Assembly (NCBI RefSeq): GCF_964355755.1
Contig: NC_092676.1
Coordinates: forward strand, 12,154,671-12,218,670
From: Antedon mediterranea
Lineage: Eukaryota > Animalia > Echinodermata
DNA: 64,000 nt
Direction: 5' to 3'
Below the pieces are notes generated by a model, which did no database searches, was not told where the DNA came from, and saw only the letters and a program-made list of their open reading frames with translations. Below are positions 53,611 through 64,000 of the stretch, piece after piece (the stretch's first letter is position 1; each line of letters starts with the position of its first letter). The position numbers were made by a program, and so were the translations under genes.

Positions 53611-56600
53611 ACAAAAACATCAAAGTGCTTAAAATCACATTTAAAACCGTTTTAGAGCGTTTTGAGCATTTCGATAAACTTTTCACACAAAAACATCAAA
53701 GTGCACAAAATAGCTTCAAATCGCATTTAGAGATGTTTTAGACCATTTTGTGCATTTCGATAAAACTTTTCACACAAAAACATCAAATTGCACAAAATAG
53801 CTTAATACCGTGTTAGAAATCGTTTTAAACCATTTTGAGCATGTCGATAAAACTTTTCACACAAAAACATCAAAGTGCACAGAATATCTTCAAATCGCAT
53901 TTAGAGACGTTTTAGACCATTTTGTGCATTTCGAAAAAATTTGTTAACATAAAAAGACCAAAGTGTTTAGAATATCTCCAAATCGCATTTGGAGACGTTT
54001 TAGACCATTTTGTGCATTTCGATGAAACTTGGTTACACAAAAACATCAAAGTGCTTAAAATCACATTTGAAACTGTTTTAGAGCATTTTGAGCATTTCGA
54101 TAAAACTTTTCACACAAAAACATCAAAGTGTACAAAATAGCTTCAAATCACATTTGAAACCGTTTTAGACCATTTTGAGCATTTCGATAAAACTTTTCAC
54201 ACAAAAACATCAAAGTGTACAAAATAGCTTCAAATCGCATTTGGAGACGTTTTAGACCATTTTGTGCATTTCGATGAAACTTGGTTACACAAAAACATCA
54301 AAGTGCTTAAAATCACATTTGAAACCGTTTTAGAGCATTTTTAGCATTTCGATAATACTTTTCACACAAAAACATCAAAGTGTACAAAATAGCTTCAAAT
54401 CGCATTTGGAGACGTTTTAGACCATTTTGTGCATTTCGATGAAACTTGGTTACACAAAAACATCAAAGTGCTTAAAATCACATTTGAAACCGTTTTAGAC
54501 CATTTTGAGCATTTCGATAAAACTTTTCACACAAAAAAATCAAAGTGCACAAAATAGCTTCAAATCGCATTTGGAGACGTTTTAAACCATTTTGTGCATT
54601 TCGATGGAACTTGGTTACACAAAAACATCAAAGTGCTTAAAATCACATTTAAAACCGTTTTAGAGCATTTTGAGCATTTCGATAAAACTTTTCACACAAA
54701 AACATCAAAGTGTACAAAATAGCTTCAAATCGCATTTAGAGACGTTTTAGACCATTTTGTGCATTTCGATAAAACTTTTCACACAAAAACATCAAAGTGT
54801 ACAAAATAGCTTCAAATCGCATTTAGAGACGTTTTAGACCATTTTGGGCATTTCGATGAAACTTGGTTACACAAATACATAAAAGTGCTTAAAATCACAT
54901 TTCAAGCCGTTTTAGAGCATTTTGAGCATTTCGATAAAACTTTTCACACAAAAACATCAAAGTGCACAGAATATCTTCAAATCGCATTTAGAGACGTTTT
55001 AGACCATTTTGTGCATTTCGAAAAAATTTGTTAACATAAAAAGACCAAAGTGTTTAGAATATCTCCAAATCGTATTTGGAGACGTTTTAGACCATTTTGT
55101 GTTTTTCGAAAAAACTTTTCACACAAAAACATCAAAGTGTACAAAATTGCTTCAAATCGCATTTGGAGACGTTTTAGACCATTTTGTGATTTTTGAAAAA
55201 ATTTGTTAACATAAAAAGACCAAAGTGTTTAGAATATCTCCAAATCGCATTTGGAGACGTTTTAAACCATTTTGTGAATTTCGATGGAACTTGGTTACAC
55301 AAAAACATCAAAGTGCTTAAAATCACATTTAAAACCGTTTTAGAGCATTTTGAGCATTTCGATAAAACTTTTCACACAAAAACATCAAAGTGTACAAAAT
55401 AGCTTCAAATCGCATTTAGAGAGGTTTTAGACCATTTTGTGCATTTCGATAAAACTTTTCACACAAAAACTTCAAAGTGTACAAAATAGCTTCAAATCGC
55501 ATTTAGAGACTTTTTGACCATTTTGTGCATTTTGATAAAACTTTTCACACAAAAACATCAAATTGCACAAAATAGCTTAATACCGTGTTTGAAATCGTTT
55601 TAAACCATTTTGAGCATGTCGATAAAACTTTTCACAAAAAAACATCAAAGTGCACAGAATAGCTTCAAATCGCATTTGGAGACGTTTTAAACCATTTTGT
55701 GCATTTCGATAAAACTTTTCACATAAAAACATCAAAGTGTACAAAATAGCTTCAATTCGCATTTAGAGACGTTTTAGACCATTTTGGGCATTTCGATGAA
55801 ACTTGGTTACACAAATACATAAAAGTGCTTAAAATCACATTTCAAACCGTTTTAGAGCATTTTGAGTATTTCGATAAAACTTTTCACACAAAAACATCAA
55901 AGTGCACAAAATAGATTCAAATCGCATTTGGAGACGTTTTAGACCATTTTGTGCATTTCAAAAAAACTTTTTAACATAAAAACACCAAAGTGCTTAGAAT
56001 AGCTTCAAATCGCATTTGGAGACGTTTTAGACCATTTTGTGCATTTCGACTAAACTTGGTTACACAAAAACATCAAAGTGCTTAAAATCACATTTGAAAC
56101 CGTTTTAGAGCATTTTGAGCATTTCGATAAAACTTTTCACACAAAAACATAAAAGTGTACAAAATAGCTTCAAATCACATTTGAAACCGTTTTAGACCAT
56201 TTTGAGCATTTCGAAAAAATTTTTCACACAAAAACATCAAAGTGTACAAAATAGCTTCAAATCGCATTTGGAGACGTTTTAGACCATTTTGTGCATTTCG
56301 ATGAAACTTGGTTAAACAAAAACATCAAAGTGCTTAAAATCACATTTGAAAGCGTTTTAGAGCATTTTGAGCATTTCGATAATACTTTTCACACAAAAAC
56401 ATCAAAGTGTACAAAATAGCTTCAAATCGCATTTGGAGACGTTTTAGACCATTTTGTGCATTTCGATGAAACTTGGTTACACAAAAACATCAAAGTGCTT
56501 AAAATCACATTTGAAACCGTTTTAGACCATTTTGAGCATTTCGATAAAACTTTTCACACAAAAAAATCAAAGTGCACAAAATAGCTTCAAATCGCATTTG

Positions 56601-59600
56601 GAGACGTTTTAGACTATTTTGTGCATTTCGAAAAAATTTGTTAACATAAAAAGACCAAAGTGTTTAGAATATCTCCAAATCGCATTTGGAGACGTTTTAA
56701 ACCATTTTGTGCATTTCGATGGAACTTGGTTACACAAAAACATCAAAGTGCTTAAAATCACATTTAAAACCGTTTTAGAGCGTTTTGAGCATTTCGATAA
56801 ACTTTTCACACAAAAACATCAAAGTGCACAAAATAGCTTCAAATCGCATTTAGAGATGTTTTAGACCATTTTGTGCATTTCGATAAAACTTTTCACACAA
56901 AAACATCAAATTGCACAAAACAGCTTAATACCGTGTTTGAAATCGTTTTAAACCATTTTGAGCATGTCGATAAAACTTTTCACACAATAACATCAAAGTG
57001 CACAGAATATCTTCAAATCGCATTTAGAGACGTTTTAGACCATTTTGTGCATTTCGAAAAAAATTTGTTAACATAAAAAGACCAAAGTGTTTATAATAAC
57101 TCCAAATCGCATTTGGAGACGTTTTAGACCATTTTGTGCATTTCGATGAAACTTGGTTACACAAAAACATCAAAGTGCTTAAAATCACATTTGAAACCGT
57201 TTTAAAGCATTTTGTGCATTTCGATGAAACTTGGTTACACAAAAATATCAAAGTGCTTAAAATCACATTTAAAACCGTTTTAGAGCATTTTGAGCATTTC
57301 GATAAAACTTTTCACACAAAAACATCAAAGTGTACAAAATAGCTTCAAATCGCATTTAGAGACGTTTTAGACCATTTTGTGCATTTCGATAAAATTTTTC
57401 ACACAAAAACATCAAATTGCACAAAATAGCTTAATATCGTGTTTGAAAACGTTTTAAACCATTTTGAGCATGTCGATAAAACTTTTCACACAAAAATATC
57501 AAAGTGCACAGAATATCTTCAAATCACATTTAGAGACGTTTTAGACCATTTTGTGCATTTCGAAAAAGTTTGTTAACATAAAAAGACCAAAGTGTTTAGA
57601 ATATCTCCAAATCGCATTTGGAGACGTTTTAGACCATTTTGTGCATTTCGATGAAACTTGGTTACACAAAAACATCAAAGTGCTTAAAATCACATTTAAA
57701 ACCGTTTTAGAGCGTTTTGAGCATTTCGATAAACTTTTCACACAAAAACATCAAAGTGCACAAAATAGCTTCAAATCGCATTTAGAGATGTTTTAGACCA
57801 TTTTGTGCGTTTCGATAAAACTTTTCACACAAAAACATCAAAGTGCACAGAATAGCTTCAAATCGCATTTGGAGACGTTTTAGACCATTTTGTGCATTTC
57901 AAAAAAACTTTTTAACATAAAAACACCAAAGTGCTTAGAATCACATTTGAAACCGTTTTAGAGCATTTTGTGCATTTCGACGAAACTTGGTTACACAAAA
58001 ACATCAAAGTGCTTAAAATCACATTTGAAACCGTTTTAGAGCATTTTGAGCATTTCGATAAAACTTTTCACACAAAAACATCAAAGTGTACAAAATAGCT
58101 TCAAATCGCATTTAGAGAGGTTTTAGAGCATTTTGAGCATTTCGATAAAACTTTTCACACAAAAACATCAAAGTGTACAAAATAGCTTCAAATCACATTT
58201 GAAACCGTTTTAGACCATTTTGAGCATTTCGATAATACTTTTCACACAAAAACATCAAAGTGTACAAAATAGCTTCAAATCGCATTTGGAGACTTTTTAG
58301 ACCATTTTGTGCATTTCGATGAAACTTGGTTACACAAAAACATCAAAGTGCTTAAAATCACATTTGAAACCGTTTTAGAGCATTTTTAGCATTTCGATAA
58401 TACTTTTCACACAAAAACATCAAAGTGTACAAAATAGCTTCAAATCGCATTTGGAGACGTTTTAGACCATTTTGTGCATTTCGATGAAACTTGGTTACAC
58501 AAAAACATCAAAGTGCTTAAAATCACATTTGAAATCGTTTTAGACCATTTTGAGCATTTCGATAAAACTTTTCACACAAAAAAATCAAAGTGCACAAAAT
58601 AGCTTCAAATCGCATTTGGAGACGTTTTAGACTATTTTGTGCATTTCGAAAAAATTTGTTAACATAAAAAGACCAAAGTGTTTAGAATATCTCCAAATCG
58701 CATTTGGAGACGTTTTAAACCATTTTGTGCATTTCGATGGAACTTGGTTACACAAAAACATCAAAGTGCTTAAAATCACATTTAAAACCGTTTTAGAGCA
58801 TTTTGAGCATTTCGATAAAACTTTTCACACAAAAACATCAAAGTGTACAAAATAGCTTCAAATCGAATTTAGAGAGGTTTTAGACCATTTTGTGCATTTT
58901 GATAAAACTTTTCACACAAAAACATCAAATTGCACAAAATAGCTTAATACCGTGTTTGAAATCGTTTTAAACCATTTTGAGCATGTCGATAAAACTTTTC
59001 ACAAAAAAACATCAAAGTGCACAGAATAGCTTCAAATCGCATTTGGAGACGTTTTAAACCATTTTGTGCATTTCGATAAAACTTTTCACATAAAAACATG
59101 AAAGTGTACAAAATAGCTTCAAATCGCATTTAGAGACGTTTTAGACCATTTTGGGCATTTCGATGAAACTTAGTTACACAAATACATAAAAGTCCTTAAA
59201 ATCACATTTCAAACCGTTTTAGAGCATTTTGAGCATTTCGTTAAAACTTTTCACACAAAAACATCAAAGTGCACAAAATAGCTTCAAATCGCATTTAGAG
59301 ATGTTTTAGACCATTTTGTGCAATTCGATAAAACTTTTCACACAAAAACATCAAATTGCACAAAATAGCTTAATATCGTGTTTGAAAACGTTTTAGACAA
59401 TTTTGAGCATGTCGATAAAACTTTTCACACAAAAACATAAAAGTGAACAGAATAGCTTCAAATTGCATTTGGAGACGTTTTAGAGCATTTTGTGCATTTC
59501 GATAAAATGTGTTAACATTTCACACAAAAACATCAAAGTGCACAAAATAGCTTCAAATCGCATTTAGAGATGTTTTAGACCATTTTGTGCATTTCGATAA

Positions 59601-62600
59601 AACTTTTCACACAAAAACATCAAATTGCACAAAATAGCTTAATACCATGTTTGAAATCGTTTTAAACCATTTTGAGCATGTCGATAAAACTTTTCACAAA
59701 AAAACATCAAAGTGCACAGAATAGCTTCAAATCGCATTTGGAGACGTTTTAAACCATTTTGTGCATTTCGATAAAACTTTTCACATAAAAACATCAAAGT
59801 GTCCAAAATAGCTTCAAATCGCAGTTAGAGACGTTTTAGACCATTTTGGGCATTTATAAAAGTGCTTAAAATCACATTTCAAACCGTTTTAGAGCATTTT
59901 GAGCATTTCGATAAAACTTTTCACACAAAAACATCAAAGTGCACAAAATAGCTTCAAATCGCATTTAGAGATGTTTTAGACCATTTTGTGCAATTCGATA
60001 AAACTTTTCACACAAAAACATCAAAGTGCACAAAATAGCTTCAAATCGCATTTAGAGATGTTTTAGACCATTTTGTGCATTTCGATAAAACTTTTCACAC
60101 AAAAACATAAAAGTGAACAGAGTAGCTTCAAATTGCATTTGGAGACGTTTTAGAGCATTTTGTGCATTTCGATAAAATGGGTTAACATAAAAAGACCAAA
60201 GTGTTTAGAATATCTTCAAATCACATTTGGAGACGTTTTAGACCATTTTTGGCATTTCGATGAAACTTGGTTACACAAAAACATCAAAGTGCTTAAAATC
60301 ACATTTAAAACCGTTTTAGAGCATTTTGAGCATTTCGATAAAACTTTTCACACAAAAACATCAAAGTGTACAAAATAGCTTCAAATCGCATTTAGAGAGG
60401 TTTTAGACCATTTTGTGCATTTCGATAAAACTTTTCACACAAAAACATCAAAGTGTACAAAATAGCTTAATATCGTGTTTGAAAACGTTTTAAACCATTT
60501 TGAGCATGTCGATAAAACTTTTCACACAAAAATATCAAAGTGCACAGAATATCTTCAAATCGCATTTAGAGACGTTTTAGACCATTTTGTGCATTTCGAA
60601 AAAATGTGTTAACATAAAAAGACCAAAGTGTTTAGAATATCTCCAAATCACATTTGAAACCGTTTTAGAGCATTTTGTGCATTTCGACGAAACTTGGTTA
60701 CACAAAAACATCAAAGTGCTTAAAATCACATTTTAAACCGTTTTAGAGCATTTTGAGCATTTCGATAAAACTTTTCACACAAAAACATCAAAGTGTACAA
60801 AATAGCTTCAAATCGCATTTAGAGAGGTTTTAGAGCATTTTGAGCATTTCGATAAAACTTTTCACACAAAAACATCAAAGTGTACAAAATAGCTTCAAAT
60901 CACATTTGAAACCGTTTTAGACCATTTTGAGCATTTCGATAAAACTTTTCACACAAAAACATCAAAGTGTACAAAATAGCTTCAAATCGCATTTGGAGAC
61001 GTTTTAGACCATTTTGTGCATTTCGATGAAACTTGGTTACACAAAAACATCAAAGTGCTTAAAATCACATTTGAAACCGTTTTAGAGCATTTTTAGCATT
61101 TCGATAATACTTTTCACACAAAAACATCAAAGTGTACAAAATAGCTTCAAATCGCATTTGGAGACGTTTTAGACCATTTTGTGCATTTCGATGAAACTTG
61201 GTTACACAAAAACATCAAAGTGCTTAAAATCACATTTGAAATCGTTTTAGACCATTTTGAGCATTTCGATAAAACTTTTCACACAAAAAAATCAAAGTGC
61301 ACAAAATAGCTTCAAATCGCATTTGGAGACGTTTTAGACTATTTTGTGCATTTCGAAAAAATTTGTTAACATAAAAAGACCAAAGTGTTTAGAATATCTC
61401 CAAATCGCATTTGGAGACGTTTTAAACCATTTTGTGCATTTCGATGGAACTTGGTTACACAAAAACATCAAAGTGCTTAAAATCACATTTAAAACCCGTT
61501 TTAGAGCATTTTGAGCATTTCGATAAAACTTTTCACACAAAAACATCAAAGTGTACAAAATAGCTTCAAATCGCATTTAGAGAGGTTTTAGACCATTTTG
61601 TGCGTTTCGATAAAACTTTTCACACAAAAACATCAAAGTGCACAGAATAGCTTCAAATCGCATTTGGAGACGTTTTAGACCATTTTGTGCATTTCAAAAA
61701 AACTTTTTAACATAAAAACACCAAAGTGCTTAGAATCACATTTGAAACCGTTTTAGAGCATTTTGTGCATTTCGACGAAACTTGGTTACACAAAAACATC
61801 AAAGTGCTTAAAATCACATTTGAAACCGTTTTAGAGCATTTTGAGCATTTCGATAAAACTTTTCACACAAAAACATCAAAGTGTACAAAATAGCTTCAAA
61901 TCGCATTTAGAGAGGTTTTAGAGCATTTTGAGCATTTCGATAAAACTTTTCACACAAAAACATCAAAGTGTACAAAATAGCTTCAAATCACATTTGAAAC
62001 CGTTTTAGACCATTTTGAGCATTTCGATAAAACTTTTCACACAAAAACATCAAAGTGTACAAAATAGCTTCAAATCGCATTTGGAGACGTTTTAGACCAT
62101 TTTGTGCATTTCGATGAAACTTGGTTACACAAAAACATCAAAGTGCTTAAAATCACATTTGAAACCGTTTTAGAGCATTTTTAGCATTTCGATAATACTT
62201 TTCACACAAAAACATCAAAGTGTACAAAATAGCTTCAAATTGCATTTGGAGACGTTTTAGACCATTTTGTGCATTTCGATGAAACTTGGTTACACAAAAA
62301 CATCAAAGTGCTTAAAATCACATTTGAAATCGTTTTAGACCATTTTGAGCATTTCGATAAAACTTTTCACACAAAAAAATCAAAGTGCACAAAATAGCTT
62401 CAAATCGCATTTGGAGACGTTTTAGACTATTTTGTGCATTTCGAAAAAATTTGTTAACATAAAAAGACCAAAGTGTTTAGAATATCTCCAAATCGCATTT
62501 GGAGACGTTTTAAACCATTTTGTGCATTTCGATGGAACTTGGTTACACAAAAACATCAAAGTGCTTAAAATCACATTTAAAACCGTTTTAGAGCATTTTG

Positions 62601-64000
62601 AGCATTTCGATAAAACTTTTCACACAAAAACATCAAAGTGTACAAAATAGCTTCAAATCGCATTTAGAGAGGTTTTAGACCATTTTGTGCATTTCGATAA
62701 AACTTTTCACACAAAAACATCAAAGTGTACAAAATAGCTTCAAATCGCATTTAGAGACGTTTTAGACCATTTTGTGCATTTCGTTAAAACTTTTCACACA
62801 AAAACATCAAATTGCATAAAATAGCTTAATATCGTGTTTGAAAACGTTTTAAACCATTTTGAGCATGTCGATAAAACTTTTCACACAAAAATATCAAAGT
62901 GCACCGAATATCTTCAAATCGCATTTAGAGACGTTTTAGACCATTTTGTGCATTTCGGAAAAATTTGTTAACATAAAAAGACCAAAGTGTTTAGAATATC
63001 TCCAAATCGCATTTGGAGACGTTTTAGACCATTTTGTGCATTTCGATGAAACTTGGTTACACAAAAACATCAAAGTGCTTAAAATCACATTTAAAACCGT
63101 TTTAGAGCGTTTTGAGCATTTCGATAAACTTTTCACACAAAAACATCAAAGTGCACAAAATAGCTTAAAATCGCATTTAGAGATGTTTTAGACCATTTTG
63201 TGCATTTCGATAAAACTTTTCACACAAAAACATCAAATTTCACAAAATAGCTTAATATCGTGTTTGAAAACGTTTTAAACCATTTTGAGCATGTCGATAA
63301 AACTTTTCACACAAAAATATCAAAGTGCACAGAATAGCTTCAATTCGCATTTGGAGACGTTTTAGACCATTTTGTGCATTTTGATAAAACTTTTCACACA
63401 AAAACATCAAATTGCACAAAATAGCTTAATATCGTGTTTGAAAACGTTTTAAACCATTTTGAGCATGTCGATAAAACTTTTCACTCAAAAATATCAAAGT
63501 GCACAGAATATCTTCAAATCGCATTTAGAGACGTTTTAGACCATTTTGTGCATTTCGAAAAAATTTGTTAACATAAAAAGACCAAAGTGTTTAGAATATC
63601 TCCAAATCGCATTTGGAGACGTTTTAGACCATTTTGTGTTTTTCGAAAAAACTTTTCACACAAAAACATCAAAGTGTACAAAATTGCTTCAAATCGCATT
63701 TGGAGACGTTTTAGACCATTTTGTGATTTTCGAAAAACTTTTCACACAAAAACATCAAAGTGTAGAAAATTGCTTCAAATCGCATTTAGAGACGTTTTAG
63801 ACCATTTTGTGCATTTCGAAAAAATTTGTTAACATAAAAAGACCAAAGTGTTTAGAATATCTCCAAATCGCATTTGGAGACGTTTTAGACCATTTTGTGT
63901 TTTTCGAAAAACTTTTCACACAAAAACAACAAAGTGTAGAAAATTCCTTCAAATCGCATTTAGAGACGTTTTAGACCATTTTGTGCATTTCGAAAAAACT
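53611..64000 (+). repeat. Satellite DNA array, forward orientation, running off the window end
   Basis: Same monomer family. Blocks match those in 30926-40700. Confidence 0.98.

Noticed and set aside
14688-63832. Dozens of repeated 60-170-aa ORFs (MCISKKFVNIKRPKCLEYLQ...) suggesting a gene family
   Set aside because: They are translations of the satellite. Monomers of 87 and 78 bp are multiples of three, many starts are TTG/GTG, and frames break at random.
13807-64000. CRISPR-like array
   Set aside because: There are no unique spacers and no cas genes. The whole unit is repeated and the context is eukaryotic.

Overview
AT-rich eukaryotic, probably animal, satellite DNA; I found no host genes. 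About two thirds of the window is a tandem satellite built from related 87-, 88- and 78-bp monomer types with local higher-order repeats. The array is in one orientation at 1-5022 and in the opposite orientation from 13807 onward. Exactly at the strand switch sits an 8.8-kb non-coding fold-back palindrome (5023-13806) with CAC...GTG termini, arms of about 4.75 and 3.86 kb, and a degenerate 172-bp centre. Two near-identical full-length 6.7-kb L1/Tx1-type retrotransposons lie on the minus strand (24208-30925 and 46887-53610). They share the same junctions and the same two ORF2 lesions, so they are one insertion copied within a 22-24-kb duplication of the array. A 109-bp (TAT)n-tailed retro-fragment with a 6-bp target duplication lies at 2267-2375. 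Most short ORFs in the track are artefacts of the satellite or of antisense LINE frames. All alignments were done by eye, so boundaries inside the satellite and divergence estimates are approximate.
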